Below are positions 12,654 to 24,226 of a stretch of 64,000 nt of DNA, piece after piece. Position 1 is the first letter of the stretch. Each line of letters starts with the position of its first letter. Below the pieces are notes generated by a model. The model searched no databases. It was not told where the DNA came from and worked only from the letters and a program-made list of their open reading frames with translations. The stretch is from assembly GCA_010093705.1 (NCBI GenBank), contig MU006091.1:186001-250000 (forward strand), written 5' to 3'. The position numbers were made by a program, and so were the translations under genes. Origin of the DNA: Patellaria atrata CBS 101060. Lineage: Eukaryota.

Positions 12654-14208
12654 TCAAAGAAATGGACCTTGGTGCGCTTCCACTCCTTCAAGAATGCCAT
12701 CGCCTAAGCACTTCCCTATTCTTGCAAGCTCAGATCTGAACCAGAACTGGTGCGGTTCATCGATTCCTTCTAGCCCAGATCCAATGGTCAATGGCCACAC
12801 TAAGACATTAGCGAGATAGGGTTTTATATCCTCATTCGTATTCAGGATAACGCAAGGAACTTCCACTGTCGCCGGTGATTCACCTAATTTGAACCTCTCT
12901 AGGCTAAACGGTATAGCTGATGCTAAGCTGCTAGCGAGACTCTTCAGATTGACAGTGCATTCTAACTGTTGTCGTTCATAGACATTAGAAGGTAGACCAT
13001 TGGCATGACACAATTTGAGTAGTTTCAAACGCGAATCGAAAATAAGCATTCTAATGGAAAACTGATAGCTCCAAAATGCAGCCTCAGAAGAACTACAGAA
13101 GCTGAAAACATCTGTAGAGTAGAAGTGCGGGTCATGATATTGGTCAAGTTCAGTAATCTTATGGCGCTGGTAGGGACTAACACCGGGTATTCGGGTTGTT
13201 AGATGTTGTAAGTCTTGGTCTAATTTTTGCGCCTCTTGATTTAGATCTTCTGTAATTGCTGTTTCGCTTTCACCTCTCTGTAAAAGAGTCGCGAGTGCGG
13301 AACGAAGATTTAAAATTCGGGTAAGGATTCGATCATACTCTAGCCCTACCCCCTGTTCACCGAAATGTTCACCAGCCAAAATCCAATCCGGCATACGTTG
13401 ATTCCTGAGGAGAAAGGCTTTGAATAGGCCCCTTCTAGTCTGTCTGATGATTGAAGACGGCGAGCCTCGATTTGAGTTATCCTTCCAAAGTTTCAAAATA
13501 GCCAGTGCCCCATCAACATGGCACCAACTCCGAAGAGACAGAAATGACAGATCCGGAGTCGGGTTTGCCGGTGAATATGTTGCACCTTCATATCGAAACA
13601 TAAGAGTGCTTGCCAGCAAACAGGCTTCAACATCGTCTTCAGTGAATGCTGAGCTAAGCACCTGTCGAATCTGTTGTTGTGTAATCTGTAGCAATCGGCA
13701 ATAGCTTGAAAAAGCCTCTCTCGCAGCAGGAGGATTATTCTGAGTTCTCGAGAAGACCACAAGAGCCAGAGACGAAAGAGCAAGATCCACCATATGAGAA
13801 GTCCGTCCAGAAGTTTTCCATGACAGAACACATTCTGTCAAGCATCCGGGGTTCTGCGGGAAGTTCGCCAATTCGTGTAAATGATACTGTAGGTAGTAAG
13901 TAACGGCTCGGGTTTGGAGATCCAGATATGGACGCATCATGGTTAAACTTGAGCGTGGCCCCCTAGGCCTCTTGACCTCCCCACTTGCATAGTTGTTCTC
14001 GATATTGATGGAGAAGCAAGCTTGTCTAGTTGCGTTTGTCTCCAGGCAAATTCTTCGAGATTTCACGCATCTCCCACATATTGGCTTTTCTCCATCGCAC
14101 TGTTTAGGATCAATTAGTTAGTGAATAACCTCAGAAAATATCGAATGATCCTCTTGCCTTGATTCTTCTCATCTTACAGGTTTGACATCCAGTGTTTGAG
14201 GGAGACAT
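12654..14208 (-). CDS. Zn(II)2Cys6 transcription factor (GC-AG intron inside the zinc cluster)
   Basis: Spliced N-terminus MSPSNTGCQTCKMRRIK|CDGEKPICGRCVKSRRIC contains all six Cys. Intron 14100..14157 has donor GCAAGA, branch CTAAC and acceptor CAG. Confidence 0.9.
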
Positions 14209-14790
14209 GACTTTGTGTGGTATCGTCCTCAATCAGAATGTGCTGCTTTACTCTCCATCACTGCAAGTTTAGCAGGTATCGTGCGAAAGTAAATGCGAAA
14301 GACGTCGCAGAGTTTCTCCCGTTACGGAATAGTATCGTTCCTCATAAGTTCTTCCGTTAACTCCGAGAACTAAAACTAGAACTAAGATGGATGACAAAGC
14401 TCAAATTCCAACTTCCAACTTCCGTTCACCACCTCAGTTCCTCTTCATATCATCGTATCGCACTAAACTATGGTTGAGTGAAACACTGCGAGCAGAATTT
14501 ATTTTCACTTCGGCTCAGCATTACTGCTAATCTGAGTTGTATGGGATCGTTGCCGTGGGCCCTTGTTAAAGTACGATACCGCTAGCCCCTAACTAGGTAA
14601 ACACGACGATGTCTCCTTTGCACTGCATTTCATTATTTTACGAGCCAGACAACAGTTCCTTTTTCGCAATTATGACTGGCAAGAGATGGGGCAATCTGGT
14701 TACCTATTCACTTCCGATACTTAAACCCTCTATTTGCCCACAGTCATATACTTTATCCACTAATGCCATCTTCATCATTTACCTTTTTGG

Positions 14791-15570
14791 TCAGAAGTGA
14801 AGTCACTAGATTACCTCGTTATCAATCCGAATAGGCGTCTACCAGCTATGCGAGAATCTAATACCGGAATCACGTTGTGGGAATCCGGTGCCAGTATCGA
14901 ATATTTGCTCGAGCAGTACGACGCATAGCATAAACTGAGCTTTCCCTCCCTAACACCAGAGGCATACTACGCAAAGTAGAGGCTTTACTTCCAAAACTCA
15001 GGTCAAGGACCATACTACGGACAGTTACCGTGGCACAAGAAGTTTCCTCCTGAAAAACTACCGAGTGCAATTGAGCGCTAGGCCAAAGAAGGGCATCTCG
15101 CGTATCAACACTACAATAACGAGTATTTTGTCTTGGCATATTTTATATAGAGAATCACCCTAAGTATATTTACTACACTACCAGCACTGCTAAACTCCTT
15201 TATAAAAATATAGATATGCTCTAAATAACCTCTTTATCCGACTTTAACTTTTAGAATCGTATAAACAGGTGTCGAAGTAATTAATAAACCTACTTTTATT
15301 TTCGGTTGTTGACTTCTGATTTTTATGCAGACGTTCGACGAAAACTTTATCCGACGCACGCTTCCGTTTTCGGACTAGCTCGGCCTATATATAGAGAATC
15401 GCACAAACAGTGTTGAATGCTCCACGTCGCAAAGGCATTTATGACAGTACTATTTTCGACGGACCTTGGTTCGTCGGCAATAAACTTTCCTACGCAGATA
15501 TTGCGTCCTTACAGTAGCAGAGGGTTATCGTCTTGTTTCTTGAAGAGGAGGAGTACAGTACAAGTTGGGT
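14791..15570 (+). pseudogene. Glutathione S-transferase (Ure2/GST-II-like) pseudogene interrupted by an insertion
   Basis: SEVKSLDYLVINPNRRLPA..TGITLWESGASIEYL..FQNSGQGPYYGQ..PEKLPSAIER*, then after ~310 bp of AT-rich DNA, DGPWFVGNKLSYADIA. TAG stops at 14926, 14977, 15079 and 15515. No intact 5' end seen. Confidence 0.88.
15105..15416. mobile_element. AT-rich insertion in the GST relic; possible MITE or degenerate element
   Basis: Separates two collinear GST halves. Ends TCAACACT (15105) and AGTGTTGA (15409-15416) are an 8-bp inverted repeat. Internal direct repeats TATATAGAGAATC and CTTTATCCGAC. No clean target-site duplication. Confidence 0.5.
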
Positions 15571-15728
15571 TTCCAGCATAAGAGCAAGTATCATCTGTTT
15601 TCTGCCCCTTTTCCGGGTCAATACACGTCTCCCTCCCATTGTTCCATTATTCTTGGATACGAACGATTGTGGAATTAACTCTTATTGATTATATTTTGCT
15701 ACGTAGTATAAAGCATAGCAAGCAGAGT

Positions 15729-17435
15729 CTAAACGTTGATGAATTCTACACTAGGCGCATGACCTTTCTCCGCTTCAGCTGTTTCCGTTGGGACCCTATT
15801 GTGTGCAAGTTTCATCTTAGAACTATCCAATGTTTGTGCACCAAATATAGAGTCCATGTCTTCCAACAGTTTCCCCTTCGTTTCAGGCACGAATATGAAC
15901 GCCCAGAAACCCATTGCAATCATCAAGCTGGCGAAAAACATGTAGGTACCATATCCTAGAGAGGTGATCATATATGGGGTCGTCCTCGAAATAATAAAAC
16001 TCCATAGCCACTGGTCCGCTGTCGTGATAGCCACACAAAGCATTCTAATATCCAGTGGGAAAATCTCAGAACAGTATACCCAGGTGATACCTTGCCACGT
16101 TGCGCAGTAGATCAGTCCATACAAATACACACATACCATGGCAAGATAACCCCAGCCATTCTGCGACGTCTCGCCTCTTGTCGCAACAGAGGCGGGATCT
16201 GACTTATAAACATATCCACCGAGGTACCACATCGGAAGCGAGCCGATGAAAGCTCCATAGATAAGCCCTGGGCGACGGCCTACTTTCTCAACAAGCCAAA
16301 AGCTGAATATAATCATACCAAGCGTTTTGGCTACACCGTAAAAGCCGGTCGCGAATAGTTTAGTGTCCGTTCCGGTAATACCGAGTGTTTCGAAAATGCG
16401 AGGAGAATAGTAACTATCAATGTTAGCAAATTCTATCATCCTCTCGCACTATGGCGTTGTGAGGTGCAAATTACTTACGTGATGATGTTGACTCCGGTAA
16501 GGTTCTGGAAAGCCATAAGAAGGAGACCGATGCCGATCCGGTTGCGCGTACCTTTTTGAAAAAGGCGTTTGAGGTAATATTTATTTACAGAACTGATTCC
16601 GGCAGGGGGATGCGTAAGAGCAGCTTGTAGTCTTCGAGTTCTGATTGAATGTATGCGTGATCTCGAGGCAATCTCCGAATCCAAGCCAGCGTCAAAGCAG
16701 CTTCATCCCAACGGTCCTTCTTAGCGTACCACCGTGGAGATTCGGGACACCAGAGTATCCCTATAAGCAGGAGGACTCCAGGGAGAAGTTGTAAACCCAG
16801 CGGCACGATCCATTGCGTCCTGGTCCCCGTGGGGATGGTTCTGTTTACAACATAATTGATCCAAAACCCACACATCCCGCCGCCCTGAGAGAGGATTTCA
16901 AATATACCACCCAAACGGCCACGGATAGATGGCGGACTCATTTCAGCTATGTAGACGGGAACGAGTAAAGAGACGGAGCCGATGCCGAACCCAGCAATTG
17001 CGCGGCCGGCGTAGATGATTTCCAAGTGGCCAGAAGCAGCAGTCATCAATGTGCCACCGAGCAAGAATATAAGGACAGCTATCATCAAAGCTCTTTTTCT
17101 ACCGATTTTCTCACCACGCGAAAAGGTCGCTAGAGCCCCAAAGAAAGTCCCGGCTTGAAAGGTTGAAACGATATTCCCTTGTAGGGTGTCTCTTCGATGG
17201 CTCGATGCGGCATCTAGGTTGAAATCCCTTTTGAAGGAGTCCAGAGCCATAGTTCCACCAATGACAGCAGTATCATACCCCACTACACTTTTTTGTTATC
17301 ATAAAACTTAAGAAATCTAAAGATTTGCATACTAGCTAGTGATCCCATGCTGACAATGAAAGCCATAAGATGTACTCTCCAGTTTCGTACCTCTTGGGGA
17401 TCCGCAGTATTGTCGGCGTGAAGATTGAACCCCAT
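15729..17435 (-). pseudogene. MFS sugar-porter/quinate-permease-like transporter with one internal frameshift
   Basis: Start at 17435, introns at about 17284..17332 and 16414..16478. Motifs GYDTAVIGG, PVYIAEMSPPSIRG, PESPRWY, QNLTGVNII, SEIFPLDIR, VPETKG. Frame changes near 16630 (ELED -> RLQAALTHPP) with no GT-AG intron available there. Confidence 0.8.
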
Positions 17436-18259
17436 ATTTTTGGACTGATTCTTTTTATATGATCCAATTCAGGGCATTATTCCAACATAGAGGGAGGGTG
17501 GTCAAATATCTAAACAAAACAGGTATGATGAATTTATAGCGAAGAGACCACGCGATTTCGGGTTCGATCTCAAGAGAGTGCTGATAACGCATGATGACAG
17601 CAGATGTTTGGACTTTTATTGTAATTCATCCTGCCACCGAGTGCAAATGAACAGAGTGGCATACATGTCGGACGATGAGTCGGGCAAGGGGTCATAAAAC
17701 CAATCATTTAAAGAATACATCTTTGGCTTAGGGTTGAAGTGAAGATGTTATGGGAACGATGACGGGGCAAATGACTACAAGCAGACAGAAGACCGGGTGC
17801 TTGTGCTCAAGCAACAGAGAAAGAGCGGGGAAAGATCCAATTGAGATCCTTGGCACATGGCACATGGAAAGAAGAATATCTTAGGCCATAGTATCCTTAG
17901 AAACCTGAATATGAATACCTTATCTTATTGTACTCGTAAAGTAGACTATATGCACGAACCTTAGTTGTCTTCCAAACGATGTCAACAACGGACGCCCGAC
18001 GTCTGTCCGATTTAGCGTTTCGACTGCACAAGGTCTAGTTTAGTATCCCATCGAACTTAACTGGAAATAGAACTAGTCTTTAAAAATTCATCTACAATAC
18101 AGTGGAACTACCCGGACAGTATTGACGGGAATTAAAGACCTTTCTAGGCCACTGCTCAGCCCAACTATAATCCGACCTCAGACCAGGAAACACACCGTCC
18201 CTACTGTCCCTTGAGTCTGCAGTACACTTCTTCAAATCAATATGCTTCGACCTACGTCT

Positions 18260-20215
18260 TTACTTGTCCGCTTCGAAAATATGTGAACTTTCAGCGGTGG
18301 CTGATGCGGTAACTGATGCGGTAACTTTGATCACTCCCAGGCGTTCAGCTACTTCTTCAGCATGTGGGCGGCTGTCAGGATCAATCTTCCAGCCGTCTTC
18401 CACGAGCTTCATAAGTGCATTCACGGAAGATGCATTCCCACGATCTGTGGCAGCACCTCGTACACGAGCTATCTGCGCTATAACGATGTCTCGAACTCGA
18501 CAATTACCTTTATTAGCGGAATCTTTCACAAAGTACGAATCTGTCTGGATGTCGTCGCTCTCGCATTCTGTTGTCTTCCCCCTAGAACTGCTATCAGCCC
18601 CTCAATGTACTTTAGCAAAGTATGCCGGGTGACGTACCGCTTAAAAGCGAAATTTGCAATGCCTCGCTTACCCGCCATGATCCATGTTACAATTTCGAGA
18701 ATAACACACCCGAAAGACCAGATATCGTACGGTCGAGACTGATAGGGTTTTGGTGTTTGTTATTGTCGTTTTTGGTACAAGATTCCGGTGCCGCATGTGT
18801 TGGGGTCGCCCTCACTGTGTACGTGTAGGAACCGTCGAAATCATTTCGAAGCTTACCGAGTCCAAAATCTGAAATATTGATCCTTCCAAATATTTTTTCT
18901 AGCTGTTTCAAGCCAGATATCTCATTCTGGTGAAATTGATCGAAGATTAACAGATTCTCAGGCTTTAGGTCGTGGTGGTAACCTATGATATGGTCCTCAA
19001 ACCCATGGATCTGAGCAAGGCCATCTGTCATCCCTCGGAGCTGTCGAAGACACCACAGAAACATGCTTCTGTTCATGATCCCGTCTTCCAATTCCATCCA
19101 TTGTTCTTAAGTACATTTGCAAAGGGAAAATTGGCGAAGCACTGCTCCTCCAGTTTGAACCCCGTTAACATAGGTATGATATATGGATGCTTCAGCTTGG
19201 TGAGTTCGAACAGGATTTGACACTCATGTGTAAAGTCTTGATTACGACTTATTTTGCGGAATTCTTTGACGGCAAGAGCTGGATTATTTTCCTACGCATA
19301 AAATTAGGATCAGTACTCAATGGTCGATACCACTCCTCAACTTACCGCTGGTAAGGAGTAGATATTCTGGTGACTGTGTTCAAACTGAACACGCCATATA
19401 TCTGCATATCCCCCAATGCTAATTTTTCCCTTCGCACGAATTGGCAGTAGAGTTTGTGCTGGATATTGGAGGCTAGGACTTTTGTCACTCAATGGCCGGA
19501 GCTCCATCGCGGTTAATTGCCACTGTGCGAAGAACGAGTCCTTACGAATATGTTCTCTCACCTGCATTGGAGCCTCCCCCTTGTAATCAAACGGAACCGA
19601 ATGATCTCTCTTACAGTCATTCCAGTAAAGGAGAGACACTTGTCCAAAGGGAATGATACCAGCCAAAATGAAGACAGCCATCATTTTATATCCTTCCAAA
19701 GCGATCTTCGTAACAAACTCCGGGTCCTCGTTTGCATTCTGTTTTAAGTTTTCATCGTTCTCACACATCTTCTTGATTTCGCGTTCCGACATTATCTCTT
19801 TCAATTTGTCATTAGGGATGAAACCCGATTTGGTGTAGTCATTTACTATCCTCTCCGCCGACAGACGTCTCCGAATGACCTCTTTTCGATCAAGGGCATC
19901 CGCTTTGTATGTTTCCTCTTTTATTCGAACATATACAAGAAATACCTTGTATCCACCTTCTCTATACTTCGTAATGGCGAGGTCCAAGTCACTTCTACCC
20001 CTTAACGGTAACTCAAGGTCTTCATAAGTACCTTGAGAAAAACGCATGAACGCCGGGATGTTGACCTCATTCCCATGGGTGAGTCGAAGCCCGTCACGAA
20101 TAGTTTGGTATTGCACGGCGGGAGCAGGGTGGCGAAGCTGTGTTGAGTTTCTCCTAGGCTCTGTTTCCGAGCCTACGTAGACCTCAGAATCAGCCTGAAA
20201 GCTCTTGAAACCCAT
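18260..20215 (-). pseudogene. Fungal accessory Ser/Thr protein kinase with long N-terminal extension; two frameshifts
   Basis: IGGYADIWRV, AVKEF, HHDLKPENLL, ISDFGLG, HAAPE, DIWSFGCVILE, DPDSRP. Introns 19292..19345 and 18582..18637 splice in frame. Single-base frameshifts are needed near 19110 and 18755. Confidence 0.82.
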
Positions 20216-21947
20216 CGATAGCTAGTGTAGGGTTACTTGGGGCCAGGGCTTTAAGGGACCCGTGGGACACCTCGCACCGTGGTCGTCTTATTCCCAATCA
20301 TCATGGGTCTGGGTCTACATTTTTGGGTGTGAGGGACGGCCACTTCTATCATCCGCTTCCAAAGTTACCCACTGAATATTCTCTTGTAGCCCGATATTAC
20401 AGCGTCTCATTCTGTAAGGTTGCAGTCACGTACTGGGAATGAGAAAGGAAGCAGCGTTTGATCAATCGGTATTCGTTGCTGAAGCTGGCTCGTCTGCTAA
20501 CCGACACTTGCCTGGTTGCCTTGTTGTATTTTAGCCTTGCGCGAAATTAAGCTGAAAACTGCGGTTCCTAGGTCGGAAAAAAGGCTGGGCATGCAAGTGA
20601 ATCGACCCTCAAGTAGTCCAGAGAGGACCTTACGTTGTTTGAATGATCTACCTAATTAGAGTGCTCCCTGAATATAGGCCTGTGAACAATTCCGGCGAAC
20701 CTCAAGAAAGCAAGATCGAAGTGACCATGGGCCAATAAAGCGGAAATTCGGGGGGATCAACATTCTGAACAATTGCACTGGTGATATCGCCGGTCAGAAC
20801 GCCCTTAGATTGTAGGATCCAGATCAACTAGATTGGCGAGTCGTTTACCTTCTCCTTGTATCGCGAACACCACATTGCCTGTTTCCCCCCTGCTGGTTGA
20901 CACTTGTGGAAGGACTCGATTATCGGGCTGTCCGCGATAATCTACCCTCATACCAGTAGTTGAGATCTGGCCCAGTGTGTATTCAACTATCGGATGTCGA
21001 TATGTTTCTATTCATGTTTCCGTGTGAGATACTCCGTATCAATCTCCTGGTTGTTAGAGTGATCTGCAAATTCGAGTCATCCTTCCTCATACATATTACT
21101 CCCAATAATATCGAATTAGAAGAGAAAAAGCCGTTAAATGGACTATAACCGCAAAGAAAATCCAAAGCGTGCTCTCCACTAAGGGCTGGTTTCCGGTGAA
21201 ATCATAATAAATAAATAGAAAATTACTCTAGCAGCTACTCAGACTTTATTTGCACATAATCTTAAAAATTTACTAAACAGCGGTAACGAAAGAAGTTTCG
21301 CTCTGATTATGGTGGTTAGGTTTACTACACCAGAGCCTTTCGTGGCTTTTTCCGTTAATTCCGTGGTCTTTCTCGTCAGTTACTACATATGTATATTTTC
21401 AATTCTTTAACAATCCGCCGGGACTTTAACTGGATACGCATCCTCATAAGTAGGAGACGCGAGAGTACGGCCTCATGCACCTTAGGCTTGTCTGTGAAGT
21501 ATGTTCGCCTCGATGATCTTGAGAAAGGTAACAAACATCTCTTTGTCTTCAGTCTATCCTTCCGACACATTAGCGGCCACAGCTTTATTATAGCTTCTAT
21601 ATTGATGTTGGTGCTTAGAGGAAGTCGACAGTTTACTTGAACCAATCTTAGTGGCAGTTATTCAATCAATCTGGAAGTATCTTTCTGCTGTACCTTGACA
21701 TCCCATCCTGATTGTATTGGAGCATGGTGCTACCAATCCAAGCCGTAGACTTCTTAATCAACATAGAATTAGTATTCTGAGGCGGAGCACAGAGGAAAAC
21801 TTTTGGCGAGGAGCGTTGTCTATGATCCACGCTGAGATAAGTTCAGTTGTGTATGACGGATAGTTCTAAATTCCCCACCATTTCAAGCTTTTCCTTGCTT
21901 TTCAAGTCCTTTCCTCCATCAGATAGTTGCACGATTCGTCTTGAAGG

Positions 21948-22264
21948 ATGAGCTCAACAACTCCGACTCCTCACAGCGAACGTGAACCGCAGATTATTAA
22001 CGCTCGTTATGTTACTGAAGCCGAACTCGAGAGGCTACTGTCCAGTATTTTCAGCCAGGGCACGTGGAAAGCGAGAGTAAGTCCAGGGAAAGCTGGTGTG
22101 GTAACCACGAACTGACATGTATATTAGTACAAGGACAAAGGCTGGATCATTATGGCGCCGAGAGACCTCACTGATGTACGTCCGTTCCTCATTATTTGAA
22201 TCAGAGGCTTACCTTGTCGCAGGCGGAGATTAAGTCGATCCACAAGCTCTCAACGGCCACTTAG
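21948..22264 (+). CDS. 72-aa microprotein of unknown function (3 exons)
   Basis: Exons 21948-22076, 22128-22175 and 22223-22264. Phase-0 introns GTAAGT..CTGAC..TAG (51 nt) and GTACGT..CAG (47 nt). Product MSSTTPTPHSEREPQIINARYVTEAELERLLSSIFSQGTWKARYKDKGWIIMAPRDLTDAEIKSIHKLSTAT. Confidence 0.75.
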
Positions 22265-24226
22265 CTGTATATGATGCAGATAGGTTTACGGTGATGCCGA
22301 CGGCGGCACAGAACGTTATCTTTAGAGATACTATTTAATCGGGTGCTTTCAATCCGGATGATAATATTGCCGGACAGATGGAGGAGTTGGCGAAGAAGAG
22401 GGAAAGGAAAGCCATATCTTCTGTCCAGGAAACATCTTTCTGTCAGAGTCAGCGACTTATCGTACATAATGCTCTATTCCTGCATTCAATGAATCCCCGT
22501 GGACTTTATATTTGCGTTTTATGCAGAGTTGAGGTAAAGGCGTGCTCTAAGTCTCCGTGTTTAAACTCCGCGTTCCTTTTGTCCTGACTTTTTGAAACTG
22601 TGATTCAAAATTGACAACAAGCTTGCTTCATTATACTCAAGCGGCGGGATCTTGCATCTGCAACGTCAAAGAGACAAGACGAAATTGACATAATGACTCG
22701 CAGGAGCACAGCAACTGCTCAGTGTTAGGACGGATACTCGCAAGTAACGGGCGGAAAGAGTTCTGTAATACCCTTTACGGTTGATTAGTCGACGCGCCAA
22801 CCATCGTTTTTCTAAAATGCGCACAGTAGATTTGGTGGTCGTACCGGTTTAGTAAAATAGAGTTTGGGAGAGCATAAACTTACCACTTAAAATAACAACC
22901 ATCCGATCAGATGAAAATATGATGGAGTGATTACCCCTAGTGGAAGAAATGACGGACAGCCTTAGAGCCTATGCTTCTCGGGCTTGATCATCGAACATGT
23001 TAATGATCCGGAAGTTCCAATGACTTGGATATCAGAAAATACGGGATATTAGTGCACAACAAAGTAGATGCGTTAAAACTGTTTAGAGCCGCGCTTGGCA
23101 TGGAAATATACTACTCAAATGATGATTTAAAGCGAGGTGATGAGACGAACGGAAAGCCGTGCTACACTTAAATAACAGTGCCATATAATGCACAGTCTCA
23201 GCGAGTGAGAATGCATTATTGACAGAATTGTGTATGATCACATCTTTATATACTATATTTAGAATGAATGATGACCCAGTTATCCTTAGACGGATCTCAA
23301 TTATAATTGAAGAGGAACGTTTTCGACACCAGTCATCGGAATAAGTCCCAGCGCTTTTATTCGCCAAGTATAAGTGACATCCAATATCTTCTACGACTGC
23401 GATCTGGATCCAGACAATGGTGATCATTGTCTCCGGTACACGTTTGCACTTAAGAAAAAAGCCGCTGGAAAAATCGAGATGATGCTCTAGTGATTATTCT
23501 GTAGCAAAATCATCTCATGCTCGATTTAGCTGATGGTGTTGTTCGGTGAACGCCTTTAGGTTCTCAATGTGATGATGAAGGTTTCTGACGGCCGAGACGA
23601 GCCTAACCTTAAGAGGAAATATGTCAACAGAGCGCACAGATGAAGAAGCCCGGGACTCGGGGAACTGGAGATTACATATTCGTTCGTGCAGACGGCAGGA
23701 TGGTTCAACTGCATCTTTTGGAACCAAGTGGCGCACCGTCCAAGCTTTCGAAGTGCAGGGGATAGCCGTGGTTTTGGGAGAAGGTGCACATATATAATAG
23801 TCTTCAGGTACTGCCGTATTGAGTACAGTATGACAACACTTGCTGTCAGCGTGAATTATCGAACAGCTGCTACAGGAGTATATGTTGAACTGTAAAATAC
23901 GACGTTGATTCGAATTTAGAGTATACAAGTGTCAGAACTGTCATTTCGTGTTCGCGGAAGAGGTAAGGTAAAACCTAAGGTAGGTCATTGCTCGTTGCTG
24001 TGGAGGCTATCGATAAGCTCCTCGGCCCAAACACGCGATCCATGCTCCGACAATCCAGACCAAATGAATTGATCTCACCTCTTCCCCTTAAGCATCCTTA
24101 TGTCTTAGCACTTAAATTCTACAGCTGCAACCTCATTCTTTCTTTAATCTGGCATACACCTGGCCAGCCATTCCATCTTACATTGTCGTTTGCGAGTAAA
24201 CAACAGCATCAGGCGTTCCAAGCATA

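Noticed and set aside
22900..23930. Coding-like stretch downstream of the microprotein (possible third gene of the module)
   Set aside because: All frames have many stops and no recognisable motif, so a call cannot be supported; blastx would settle it.
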